NCBI RefSeq assembly: GCF_001194135.2
Contig: NC_068984.1
Span: 20,735,310-20,790,184 of the forward strand
DNA: 54,875 bases
From: Octopus bimaculoides
Taxonomy: Eukaryota
Direction: 5' to 3'
The position numbers and the translations under genes are program-made. Shown piece after piece: positions 26,663-40,076 of the stretch (position 1 is the first letter of the stretch; each line of letters begins with the position of its first letter). The notes beneath the pieces were generated by a model. That model was given only the letters and a program-made list of their open reading frames with translations. It ran no database searches and was not told the DNA's origin.

Positions 26663-27717
26663 GCGTACAGGTATGTAAAATACAAAATATAAGGTTATCC
26701 TTATTATTATTATTATTAATTACTTTTTTTGAACATTTATCCACCTTTATGAAATTGCAGGATGGTATATATGTGGTAATGTGGCTACTTCCTCCAAATC
26801 CTGTGTAAATTTAACTCCATTTTCACGCGTGTATATTCCAGCTTTTTTTCTTTTTTCTCATTTTTAAACACTCGACACACTTGTATATGTATATATGATG
26901 TACATGTATCTATCAGTATGTTTGTTTCTGCGCGTGTGTGTGCGTGTGTGTTGTTTATTGTGTAATGAATGTGTTATTAGTTGTGTCATACAAATATAGT
27001 TTGTGTTTGTGTGTGTGTGTGTGTGTATGTCAGTGATGAGAATGTAATTCGAAATGTGTATGTGGTATGTATTTGTGTATGTATATATATGTATATATAT
27101 ATGTAGATCGGTGTATGTGCTCTGTGTATAAACTTAGTGTATGTGTGTCTTCGTGTGTAAGCTGTATAATATAAATAGTTCCTTGGAAACGAAATTTGTA
27201 TTTACTCAAGAATTACTTTTCCTGGTTCCACTTGAAGCTCGTCTTCGACGTAAAATGGTAAAACTCATTAGATTTCGGTGTACAAGTTTTTTTTTTCATT
27301 TATTTTTCCAAATGACATTCCTCAACTGCGCTGTCCATTACATATATACTTTAATATCCATATACACACACATTGACACACACACACATACACACACGCA
27401 TATATGTATGTATGTGTATATATATTTTGTTTGTTCACAAGTGATTATGTGTACGTGCTTGTGTATGTGTGTGTGTGTGTTTATGTGTGTCTATAGAATT
27501 CAAAGTAAGATTTGGTTTTCGTCGAAATATGTATGTAAATATATACACACATATAAATCTGTATATAATAGTTATAACTTTTCCAACCGGTGGTGCGATT
27601 TTGATATTTTCCTATATAAACTTATTCATATATTTTAGAAACACACACAGAGGGGTACGTATGGTTGTATGTATGTGTGTATGTGTGTGTGCGTGTGTGT
27701 GCGTGTGTGTATGCGTG

Positions 27718-27793
<76 letters not shown>

Positions 27794-29040
27794 GTCGTCA
27801 GCAAGATGTCTTGAAGACGTCTTCTTTCCGTGGTGTTCGGTTTGTAAATGTGTGTGCCACTCACGTCAAACTAAGCCGAGTGAGTGTCTGGCAACTGAAT
27901 GAGAGAGGAAATCAGTCTTGCCACTCAGATTGTAAGGGGAGCAGGAAGAGATAGAACAAGACAGAGAGGAGACGGCAGAGAGCGTAAACAGTGAGCCACA
28001 GTGAGAGAAAGAGAAAGAATACAGGGAGATAGAGAGAGAGAAGGAGGAAAGAGAAAGAGCTCACATATGCATACACGCACTTAGAAATACATAGACGTAT
28101 GAAGAAAAGAGAGAAAGACAGAGATAAGAATATGCGAGAGATAGAGAGAAAGATAAAAAGCAACAGGGGAGGAGAAAGAGTAAATAAAGTAGATGCTACA
28201 GGCAGGAGTGATAGACACAGGAAGGGCTAGAGAGGAAAATAAAAAGTAGTAGGTTGGAGGAAAGAAGGGGAGGCAACGTTTAGCCAAGCAAGGAAAAGGC
28301 GAAAGAGAAGGGAGGGAATTGTTGTGACCGAGGCAACAGAAATGAGTTGGAGGAGAAGATTTTAAAACAGTTTTCAGAATATATTTGAGCTACAGTAACA
28401 CAGAGGGAGGGAGGGAGGGAGGGAGAGAGAGAGAGAAAGAGAGAGAGAGTGAATGTGTGTGTGTGATAGAGAGGAAGAAGAATTGGGAAGAATAAGAACG
28501 TAAGGCTGTGATAGAGAGGAAACAAAAAATGATTGAGAGAAAGGAGAAGAGTTTGAAAAAAATATAAACGGTATATAAAAAAGTGAACAAATATGAGAGG
28601 CGGGAGATCAGTTAAAAAAAGTGAATGAGGAATAGAAAGAGCCAGGGAAATGATCAGAAGTCGGAGGAATGGTGTGAGGCAGTGCGAGTATTAATGAAGA
28701 AGTGACTAGGTGAATGGCAACCGACAGGAAAGATGCGTGTGTGTGTGTGTGAACGTTTCTAGTTATGTCTGTGTGTAATGGAAACTGTTTTTCGAATGAG
28801 GGGGAGGCAAGTGGGTTGAAGGGGGAGCGTGAGAAGGAGGAGGAGGAGGAAGAAGAAGAGTAGATATGTATATGTGTGTGTGTATGTATGTGTATTTATG
28901 CGTATTTATACGTGTGTGTGTGTGTGTGTGTGCGTATATATACACATGAATCGAACTGGTGACAGCATTTTTTTACGACTGCGTACCAACAGAGCAGAAC
29001 AGTGGTAAAGTGACTATATGTATGTATGTGTATGTGTGTA

Positions 29041-29423
29041 TGCTTCCCAACCACATGGTTCCAGGTTCAGTCCCAGTGTGGCACATTTGGCAAGTGTCAT
29101 CTACTATAGCCCCGGGCCGACCAAGGCTTTTGTGAGTGGATTCGATAGACGGAAACTATAAGAAGCCCGTAGTATGTATGTATGTATGTATGTATGTATG
29201 TATGTATGTATGTATGTATGTATGTATGTGTGTATGTGTGTCTTCCACCACCGCTTGACAACCGGTGTTGATGTGTTTACGTCCCTGTAACTTAGCGGTT
29301 TGGCATCAGAACCCGATAGAATAAGTACTAAGCTTAAGAATGTCCTGGGGTCGATTTGTTCGGCTAAAACCCTGCAAGGCAGTGCCCCAGTACGACCGAA
29401 TTAAATGACTGAAACAAGTAAAA
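29041..29423 (+). mobile_element. SINE family B with internal (TATG)n
   Basis: gcttcccaaccacatggttccaggttcagtccc...ggcaagtgtcatctactatagcc...gacggaaact...(TATG)n...cgcttgacaaccgg...aatgactgaaacaagtaaaa. Confidence 0.9.
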
Positions 29424-29870
29424 TATACAAGATACACATAGACATTACATATACACACATGTGTGCATCTCTATGTCTATACACACACACATATACGCAC
29501 ATATATATACACACATATATATATATACACACACACAAGCATACAGATATGTGTTGTATGTATGTATGTATGAGTGTGGGTGTATTTGTAAGACCGCACG
29601 CGCGTTCGTATGCTTGATGTTCGTTTGGATAGAAAACAGAAGATTGTTGGAAATGAGTGTCTATTCACATCTAACCGGTTTCATATCTAAATGCGTATGT
29701 GTATGTTTGTGGAGTGAGTGAGTGAGAGAGAAAGAGAGAGAGAGAGAGAGAGATAGAGAGAGAGAAAGAGAGAAACACACATGACCTCCTCTTACAAACC
29801 GCTGTATCTATCTATCTGTCCATATATATACAAAACACATTTATACGGACATACGAACTGGCACATTTAG

Positions 29871-29910
<40 letters not shown>

Positions 29911-30469
29911 ACACACACATACGAGTATGTTGAGAAGGTAGTGCGGTGTGTTTCGAGTGGTGGGAGGATCCAAAAATTCAAGTAATGACTGTGGTCATAG
30001 GTTTAACCTGTCCTGGAACACAAAACAAAGTTACTCTGCATTGGTAACTAAACATGAACTATCTGTGTGTGTGTGTGAGTGTGTTATATCTATCCCACGC
30101 ACTTGTACGATTCGGTCAAATTACCTTATGCAATGATCAAAGACAGTTCGGGCTAACGAGCGACTCTCTACATGCTTGCTCAAAATAGCAGCCAAAATAT
30201 TCTTCATATTACACCACAATGATTTGAAAAAGAAGACATTGAACAATATATGTCCAAAAATTAAAGTAGGATGGTCATGGTTTCGAATACGTTTGATAGG
30301 TTTGAAAGGTTATGGGGGACCGTGTTCGGGTCCTTTGTATATCAGACAGTCTTTCGCCCTGTTGAACACCACCATCTGGCCCTTGAATGTCTTTAGTGGA
30401 GCACAATGTAACCGTTCGGACAAGGCCTCCAGTCCTTTATTCCCGCTAGAATTTCGGCAACATTATTCT

Positions 30470-30831
30470 TTTTTTTACTCTTTTTACTTGTTTCAGTCAT
30501 TTGACTGCGGCCATGCTGGAGCACCGCCTTTAGTCGAGTAAATCGACCCCAGGACTTATTCTTTGGAAGCCTAGTACTTATTCTAACGGTCTCTTTTGCC
30601 GAACCGGTAAGTTACGGGGACGTAAACACACCAGCATCGGTTGTCAAGCGATGGTGGGGGGGGGGGACAAACACAGACACACAAACACACATACATATAC
30701 ATACATATACATATATACGACGGGCTTCTTTCAGTTTCCGTCTACCAAATCCACTCACAAGGTTTTGGTCGGCCCGAGGCTATAGTAGAAGACACTTGCC
30801 CAAGGTGCCACGCAGTGGGACTGAACCCGGA
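30470..30831 (-). mobile_element. SINE family B, apparently young copy
   Basis: Near-continuous reverse-complement match to the 29041 copy from tttacttgtttcagtcattt to gtgggactgaacccgg. Confidence 0.9.
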
Positions 30832-30924
30832 TATATATGATTATAAAATTTTATTTTGATAAGGAGTAAAAACAACAAATGTAAAATTAAAAGTGCTTAT
30901 TACAAACAATATAACGAATATAAG

Positions 30925-31130
30925 AATGGTTTCTAATCAAGGCACAAGACCAGTAATTTTTGAGGAAGGTGGTTAGCCGATACCATTCAGCGCCAATTCT
31001 TGACTGGTACTTTATTTTCATTGATATCGAAAGGATGAAAGAGAAGACTGACGCAGCGGGATTTGAACTCTGAACGAAGATAGCCGAAACAAAGACCGTA
31101 AGGCATTTTCCCGACACTCTAACGATTCCA
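30925..31130 (-). mobile_element. SINE family A
   Basis: ggcacaagaccagtaattt...aaaggatgaaag...ggatttgaactc...ctaacgattc. Confidence 0.75.
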
Positions 31131-32834
31131 TATATCCAAAACCTTTAAATATGAAACGAAAATATTTTATTTATTTCCTCCACCCCGCTTGTATATAGAT
31201 TTTAAACGTGACGTGACACCACCCAAGCACGTGTCCCAGCTGCCGCAACCTCAAGCGGGCCCTAACTATACTTGAAAATTCCTCCCTGAAATTCTCAAAA
31301 CTTGGTGCGTGCGCGCGCGCGCGCACACACACACAACACACATAACCGTGAAGTCGACAAAATATATATTGTTTCGACCTTGAGGGAGTCATAACGATCC
31401 ACGGATAAAATGTACTGACACAGACTTCTTTCTCACTTTGAGGTTCTTATTGTAAGTAACCTATTCCTGCGCATTCACAGGAATACACACAAACATACAC
31501 AAACCCATACATACACATATATTCAAATTCAATACTTTTAGCCAGTTGATTTTATGCGTGTATGTAAAGTGTAAGTAAACCTAAGACTATGCACTTACAT
31601 CCTCACACACGTGCGCACATACGTGTATATGTGTGTATGAATATATATAGATNNNNNNNNNNNNNNNNNNNNNNNNNNNNNNNNNNNNNNNNNNNNNNNN
31701 NNNNNNNNNNNNNNNNNNNNNNNNNNNNNNNNNNNNNNNNNNNNNNNNNNNNNNNNNNNNNNNNNNNNNNNNNNNNNNNNNNNNNNNNNNNNNNNNNNNN
31801 NNNNNNNNNNNNNNNNNNNNNNNNNNNNNNNNNNNNNNNNNNNNNNNNNNNNNNNNNNNNNNNNNNNNNNNNNNNNNNNNNNNNNNNNNNNNNNNNNNNN
31901 NNNNNNNNNTAATTATATGTATTTTTATTATATCCTAATTAATAATAATTCGGATAGAATAAATGGGTTAATAGAAGCCAGGGTAGCAAAGATCACAAAA
32001 TAACTGTGGTGTAATTCCTGTTTGTGAGCAGAAACATATGTCGGAATAAAGTATGCAGTTATAACATGCGTTCACTCCATTCCTTAAATTTATATATATA
32101 TATATATATATATGTATTGCAACTACACACGCATACACATGCTGCTATATCGTGGAAGAAGAAGCAAGCATACGCGAAAGTACCTTCGTTAGATAACACG
32201 TAACGTTTGTAAATTTGAATGATAGAATGCTTGTGCGTGCGGTGTGTGTGTATGTACGTGAGTATTATATCTTGTGAGCTGTGTATGGGTAGTTTGGCAT
32301 GTGTTCGTGCATGTGTATATATTGGTGGGCGTGTGTATGTGGGTGGATGAGCGAGTGCTTCTGTGTGCGTGTGCGCCCGCGTTTGTACGATGTTATAGCC
32401 GTTCTCTTAATATCTGTTGAATATAACAAGATATGTATATTTACAAGTGCACAGTGCGTAGATAGAGGTAGGCGTGTATGTGTGTATGCTGTACATGTTC
32501 GTGTGTCTGCTTTAAGGAATGCATGTGCATTTCGATTGGAAAACAGTGAAAAACACACTGGATCTGCTAGAAGTAGTACACAAATATCCCTCAACTTACT
32601 TGTTACATACGATGAAAGTTTCCCTGAGTGGTGTGATCCTTAATGTACTCTGTCCGAAAGTAAGATGAGCTGATCAAGGCTAGATGATAGTTTAATTTTT
32701 CTATATCGGGGTTACACTGAGACATAAACAACAATCAGAATAAAAACAAGAACAAACCAAAGCAAAAATCAAAACAAAAAAAGAAAAAATCAAGCTTCGT
32801 ATCGGAAGCTTCTAACACTCAGATGACATAATAC

Positions 32835-33258
32835 TGTTGGTAAAAAGTTTGCTTGCCAACCACATGGTCCTGGCTTCAATCTTACTGAATGGCACATTGG
32901 GCAAACGTATTCTATACTATGACCTCAAGTGAATGGATTTGGCAAACGAAAACTGATAGAAGCTCGTCGTATCTGTCTATCTATCAATCAATCTATCTAT
33001 CTATCTATCTATCTATTTATCTATCTATCTATCTACCTATCTATCTATCTATCTTTTTGTTTGTGTTTGGCCCACCACCGCTTGATAACCGGTGTAGGTT
33101 TGTTTATCTCCTCGTAACCTAGCAGTTCGGCAAAAGAGACCATTAGCATTAGTACCAGCCTCAAAATATATGTACTAGGATCGATTTGTTCGGTTAAACC
33201 TTTCAAGGAGGTGGCCCAGCATGACTATATTTCAATGACTGAAACAATAAAAAAATAC
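32835..33258 (+). mobile_element. SINE family B with internal (TATC)n
   Basis: aagtttgcttgccaaccacatgg...ttgggcaaacgt...gaaaactgatagaagctcgtcg-(ATCT)n-ccaccaccgcttgataaccgg...gactgaaacaa. Confidence 0.85.
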
Positions 33259-33386
33259 ATTCATATATACATACATAAACTACATCCCAAAGATTGAACC
33301 TTGTATCTTCGTTGGAAACCGGTTCCCTCCTCAGTGGAAGATTTACAATAATTAAAAAATAGAAGACACACACACACGCACACACA

Positions 33387-34207
33387 CAGAGGGTGCGGTG
33401 AATAAACTATCGTCTAAATTATGCAAAAATGAAAATAACACTGACATCTCTTTTTAACAGATATATTTACCAAAATTACATAAAAGTATCTTGAAATACT
33501 AAACAGTAAATTTATTCAATAAAATCGCCATTGGCGTCAACCAGACGACTTTGGAATCTCCTGCAACTCTTCTGGACGTTCTCCTTGTTTAAGTTGGTCA
33601 ATGCTGCCATAATCCTTGCCTTCAGTTCATCTTTGGTGTTACAAGGAGTTTTGTTGGTCTCTCGCTCAACTGCACACCACACATAATAATCAAGGGAGTT
33701 GTGGTATGGGGAGTTAGGTGGCCAGATGTTAGGGAAATTGTTCGACAGCCATAACTGGGTACTCCTGCTTGCCTGGCGTGGGTCAGAGTCCTGTTGCCAG
33801 ACACAGGGTCTTCCAGCAGCCACCTTCTTAACCCAGGGCAGCACTACGTCCTCCAGACACTTGATGTAGGCCTCCGTGTTGAGTCTGAGGCCATGTGGGA
33901 AGACGAATGGCGGCATAGCGTCGCTGTCACTATTGAACACTCCAAACACCATGATGTTGACTGGATGTTTGATTTTTATCACTCTCGGTACATGTCCTCA
34001 GATTGACACCGAAACACTCTGAAATGTTCGTATTGGAGCTTCCGGCGCGAATGCCAAGCAACACAGCATGTCGTTTCCAAATTTCTGTCAGAATGAATTG
34101 CGTCATGGTGCTGTTTTTCTTACAGACGGTGCTCAACTGACCTTACCATGCTGTGTAGTCGACAAAATCAAAAATTAACAATGCACATACAAGAAATTAA
34201 GAATATG
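33387..34207 (-). mobile_element. maT/mariner-like (DD37D-type) transposon, internally deleted; far end lost in N-gap
   Basis: ORF 33512-33982 has WQQDS...WPPNSP..SLDYYVW, the second and third catalytic D motifs of maT/Bmmar1-like transposases. N-terminus MTQFILTEIWKRHAVLLGIRAG starts at 34106. TIR-like cagagggtgcggtgaataaa lies at ~33387. Confidence 0.85.
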
Positions 34208-34905
34208 NNNNNNNNNNNNNNNNNNNNNNNNNNNNNNNNNNNNNNNNNNNNNNNNNNNNNNNNNNNNNNNNNNNNNNNNNNNNNNNNNNNNNNNNNNNNN
34301 NNNNNNNNNNNNNNNNNNNNNNNNNNNNNNNNNNNNNNNNNNNNNNNNNNNNNNNNNNNNNNNNNNNNNNNNNNNNNNNNNNNNNNNNNNNNNNNNNNNN
34401 NNNNNNNNNNNNNNNNNNNNNNNNNNNNNNNNNNNNNNNNNNNNNNNNNNNNNNNNNNNNNNNNNNNNNNNNNNNNNNNNNNNNNNNNNNNNNNNNNNNN
34501 NNNNNNNNNNNNNNNNNNNNNNNNNNNNNNNNNNNNNNNNNNNNNNNNNNNNNNNNNNNNNNNNNNNNNNNNNNNNNNNNNNNNNNNNNNNNNNNNNNNN
34601 NNNNNNNNNNNNNNNNNNNNNNNNNNNNNNNNNNNNNNNNNNNNNNNNNNNNNNNNNNNNNNNNNNNNNNNNNNNNNNNNNNNNNNNNNNNNNNNNNNNN
34701 NNNNNNNNNNNNNNNNNNNNNNNNNNNNNNNNNNNNNNNNNNNNNNNNNNNNNNNNNNNNNNNNNNNNNNNNNNNNNNNNNNNNNNNNNNNNNNNNNNNN
34801 NNNNNNNNNNNNNNNNNNNNNNNNNNNNNNNNNNNNNNNNNNNNNNNNNNNNNNNNNNNNNNNNNNNNNNNNNNNNNNNNNNNNNNNNNNNNNNNNNNNN
34901 NNNNC
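34208..34905. other. Assembly gap (largest of eight: 6571-6586, 20562-20571, 23329-23430, 31653-31909, 34208-34905, 35996-36168, 40646-40655, 47355-47564)
   Basis: N runs, most flanked by microsatellites, consistent with a short-read assembly. Confidence 0.99.
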
Positions 34906-35581
34906 CCTCCCTACCTGCCTACCTACCTACCTACCTACCTATATACTTACATAAATGCATTTAAACATACATATAAACGCTCATACACATGTGCATGCAT
35001 ACATCAATGCATACAAAACCACACACATGTACGTACACCCATGCACGCATACACACACACGCACAAGCATGTGAATATGTATGAGAGAAAAACACGAGGC
35101 AGAGAAAGTAAAGGTTTGGTATATCAATTGCTTTGAGACTTCCTCGACGATACAATGCAATCGCATGCATACAAACAATGAATGAAAAAGGGAGGGATAA
35201 CGAATGTCACATATAATGAATGAAATATATATTTTTGAATGAGAAGGAAACAGGAATTACGTAATCATTTCCATTACTTTACAGCTGTTTCTGCTATTAG
35301 AAGTAGTGCACTCAGAGTTGAGTGCTCATACAACATCTTATGATTTCCTTGCTGCCATTAAAATGAATGAATTAGAAAGATAGAATATAGACACGATGAA
35401 TGTGAAAGAAAGATAAAGTGAGAGAGTTCTTCTATGTGGTCTCTGGACATGCTAGCAGTGTGTATATACGTATATATGTTATGTGTGTGTGTGTGTATAT
35501 GTGTGTATGCATGTATATATGTATGCTTGCATGCGTTGGCTTGTCTCTTTATCTATGTAGCCATCAATATAACTAACTAAT

Positions 35582-35626
<45 letters not shown>

Positions 35627-35639
35627 GCAAATAACAAAA

Positions 35640-35830
35640 AAGCTCCAAAAGTCCAAGGGACGTTCACAATTAATATGATTTGATTCATACCCAAGAAAGA
35701 AAAATATTATAAAGTAAAAGTTATATAGTAAAAGTATAAAGTTTCGGATATAGTCCTTCGTCGGATACTAGAGAAAAGTCCAAGAGAGACTTGGAAGAGA
35801 CGGGAGAGGGGAAAAGAGATAAGAAGAGAG
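35640..35830 (-). mobile_element. Short Penelope-related element with minimal hammerhead-like motif (35731-35769)
   Basis: Minus strand reads agtat-CCGACGA-A-GGActataTCC-GAAAC-TTT-atact, giving a 5-bp stem I and a 3-bp stem II. Abuts (TA)n at 35603-35626. Confidence 0.65.
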
Positions 35831-35918
35831 CAAGGAAAAACGCACATGGGCTTGGTTTACATGTTTGATTTCTGACTAACCAGAAGTGCAAGAGTCGTAG
35901 TAGACAGATATATATATA

Positions 35919-35995
<77 letters not shown>

Positions 35996-36168
35996 NNNNN
36001 NNNNNNNNNNNNNNNNNNNNNNNNNNNNNNNNNNNNNNNNNNNNNNNNNNNNNNNNNNNNNNNNNNNNNNNNNNNNNNNNNNNNNNNNNNNNNNNNNNNN
36101 NNNNNNNNNNNNNNNNNNNNNNNNNNNNNNNNNNNNNNNNNNNNNNNNNNNNNNNNNNNNNNNNNNNN

Positions 36169-36240
<72 letters not shown>

Positions 36241-36791
36241 GATAGATAGATAGATAATTAGACGTGCTTGAACCGTCTAATCAATTTGTTCAATCATGGA
36301 GATTGCACAACGATTCAACAGGTAGGCGGTACTCTGATTTTATTTCTTTGTGAATCTAATAAAAAGAGAAGACTTGAATCATATCATATAAAGAAACTGT
36401 AGAATACTTAATACAAGTTACCTTGCCATACATTCTGATGTTCCAATAAATATTTATTTTGCCAGCCGCTGTTGAACTAGACGCAATTATTTGTTTAACA
36501 TAACAATATATAGTTCTCTGACATTACGAGTGATGATGTCTTTGTTAGTCGACCAGCTATGGGCAAATGAGCGAAGTATTCAATTTATATATCTCAACAT
36601 GTATGCGTGTTTGTATATAGGTGACGATTATATTATTCAGTGTATTCTTTTTAGTAGATCGAATTGGCATAATATTTAAATATATACATACATGCATATA
36701 TGTATATGTGTGTATTCACATACACACATACACACACATATTCAGACTTTGTACACACACACACATACATACATACATACATACATGCATG

Positions 36792-36828
<37 letters not shown>

Positions 36829-37152
36829 GCGTGTGTGTCTCTGCACACACACACACATACACACTCAAGGATATATACCCATGCTTGTATGTCAGCATGT
36901 AATACATATTCTTTCTGTTTTAGTTAGGAAGAAAGACAGTGTCCATGACCCATTACAGAGCCTCTGCGAATGGAGGGAAAGAGGGAGGAAAGAACTTATC
37001 CCCAAACCAGAGACCTGGCCTTAATACTTTTAACAGAATGAACTCTAAAGACAAGTAAGGTGGCAGATGGTGATGTTAAACTGGGCGACGGGTATAGGCT
37101 ATCACCCAAGCAGCAAACACATCATATACATATGCATTTACACGCATACAGC

Positions 37153-37197
<45 letters not shown>

Positions 37198-37230
37198 AAA
37201 GACGCACACACATACACACACACTCGCGCG

Positions 37231-37285
<55 letters not shown>

Positions 37286-38096
37286 GCGCGTGTATATAGC
37301 CACAGAATGGGTATATCACATTGACTAGACAGTGGTGACGAGATAAGAAATTCAGCAGAGACAGAAGAAAGGGTAAACGTAAAGATCAGTGACAGACGGT
37401 ATTTAGATATGTGTTTGTGTGTGCGCTCCACTAAAATACCAGCCTAAAACATTGCAATCTGCAATGTCGATAGCTGAGTAACGCATACACACACATAAAC
37501 ACTCAGTCATATATACACTTGTACATGCACCCGAATGCAAGTTGGTAAGCATTTACATGTACACACATACGCACACACACACATATGCACCTTGGTAATT
37601 TGTGAATATGTGTGCTTATTTATGGCTGTTTAAAATACACTCCAAAACCAATATAATAACTGAAAAGACAAAAAAGTATAAAACACAGCTAACATGAATC
37701 CTTACAAAACGTACAACCGAATGCGTAGGCCACTACATTGCATATGTTATGTTTGGGTGATTGTGTGGTGGAAGTTCAGGGAAATAAAGAATGACTTGAA
37801 ATTGCGTGGAGAAGCGACGAGTTGTGTGGCATTGAAAAAGTTTGCTAACTTATCTGGGAAACCCAGTTTCACAGATAAGAACTTTTAGGAAGCGTCCAAT
37901 GAAATAGCAACAGATCGCTGAAACTTTTCATTCACCCCTTCAATTTTCTATGTCACTCCTAAGTTTTCATTTCGATGCTTTCGGTCTCATACAATACCAT
38001 GACTTTCCGTTTCCCAATTTCGTCACGAACAGTAAGTTTAATCTTCTGTTTGTTGCATAGCCACTTCGTTTGGTATCAATAGCAGACTTTCTTTTT

Positions 38097-40076
38097 CCTA
38101 CTTACCTCTACCACACACCTGCACACATGCACTTCGCACCATCAGATTACCACTCGCCCAGCCTATACCTGTCTTTGGCAAGGGTTGGAACTTGAAACCA
38201 GTTTGTGCCACAGCTGCGTACATTATCTTTGAAGGTTGATCTCCAGATTTTCTCTGACCTGCCCGTTGGTCTCTTCCCACCAGTTGGTAATCATATCATT
38301 GCATTTCTTAGTGGGATATTGTCCTCCAATTTTAGGACAAGCTCTGCCAGCTGCATTCTTTTGCCCTTGATGATAGAACTCAGGCGTGTGGCATTGGCTC
38401 TTCGAAACACCTCTTCATTTGTGATCTTGCCATCTAATGTCCAACATTTTCTGAAGGCATTTTGTTTGAAAGTAACACTCTGGTTTTCAATTCTGGCAGT
38501 ACTTTTTCATGTGATAGCAGCATATGATGTTGAAATAACAATTGACCAGAATAACTTTAATTTGGTTTGTGATGTAAGTCTCTTTGATTTCCATATTAAC
38601 AGGAATTTGTTGAATACTCAAGCAACTTTTGCTATCCTTTGTTTTACGTCAATTTCATCATTGCTATCTTCTGTCTGAACGCTACCAAGATATGTGAATC
38701 GTTGAACCTCTTCTGTCAATGTGTTTCATTGCAGGATACTTTCTGTATTTTGTAACTTTTGATATATTTACTCTCAAGCTAATCTCAGCTGCTTCATCTA
38801 AGGCATTTGTCATAGTCTGCATTTCTGTGCAGTTGTTGGCATAAAAGACGTACATCAGTAAAGTCTAAGTCTGCCGGTTTCATCCTTCCCTATCTTAAGC
38901 CATGTCCACAAGTGTCGAAGAACCTTCTCAGAATATAGTCGAAAATTATCAAGAAAAATAGTGGGGATAAGATGCATCCTTGTTGCACACCTGATAGGAC
39001 TGAAAAGTACTTGCAGTTTTAACACTGTAATTTGAGTCTTGATGAAGAGACTTATAGATTTTAATATAGCAATCGAGAGGGTTTTTGAAGTCAACGTAAT
39101 TTATCATAATCGGGGTTCAGTGATTGCTCAATGATGTCCTTTAGCACGAAAATTTGCTCATTGCATGATATTACTTTCCGAAAGCCTGCCTGTTCACTTC
39201 TAAGTTTGTGGTCCAGTTCCTGTTGTAACCTTTTGAGAAGCAGCCAACACATGACTTTTCGGGCCATAATTTGAAGAGTTATACCTCGACAATTGTCGCT
39301 ATCAGCAAATACTCCTTTCTTGACTCCTTTTGATCATTCGGTAAATGTTTCTCCTTTATTCTAAATTATCATCCCGATCTCATGTTTTAGGCGTTCGGCA
39401 GGTATGGTGTCTAATCTAGATTTCTTCTTCTTCTGGGTTTTGATTGTCTCACGCATTTCTTTCCTTGTTATATTGCTGAGGAGTACCTCTGAATTATTGG
39501 CATCATTTTCTATTCTATCATCAAGTTCTAAAGTTAATGTTGAATTTGGTTGGTTTATCACTTTGCTGAAATGTTCCGTCCATCGTTTTGAATGCTCTTC
39601 CTTTGTCATGACAGTCGACCATTTTTGTCCTTAACTGGTACTATACTACTATTACTTTTTGTGTTTGTTAGGTCTTGCACGACTCTGAACAGAGATCTAC
39701 TGTCATTTCGTTTTGCTGCAACTTGGGCTTCATTGCATTTGCTTTTTAACCAGTTCCTTTTGTCTAGCTTGTTAAACTTTTTAACATCCCTGTTGATATT
39801 GTTATACATTTTGATGTAAGTATCGACATTATCTTCTGATTTTGTTTGGTCTCACTTTAATTTGATTCGTTTCCTCTCATTAATAAAATTCTAAGTTTCA
39901 TTGAGATTCACGTTCTTTGCGAGAACCTATATTTTCGCCAATTATTGTGTTAGTAGAGTTACCGATTGCCTTTTTCATCGAGTTCTACATCGTCTTTTAA
40001 AAATGCTAATCTGTTTTAAAGTTCCAGACAGTATCTTTCAACTATCTCTTTGACTTTTAGTTTTGCAATATCGAAA
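38097..40076 (-). pseudogene. Decayed RTE-clade LINE (linker, RT and C-terminus)
   Basis: Minus-strand motifs FDIAKLK, KRWTEHF, NCRGITL, EQAGFRK..SCNEQIF, INYVDFK, QGCILSP, DLDFTD (RT D-D motif), with multiple stops and frameshifts. Confidence 0.92.

Noticed and set aside
36262-36327. Mini first coding exon ATG GAG ATT GCA CAA CGA TTC AAC AG|gtaggc
   Set aside because: The acceptor is poor (inside a GATA repeat), it has only 8 codons, and there is no downstream partner exon. Indistinguishable from chance.
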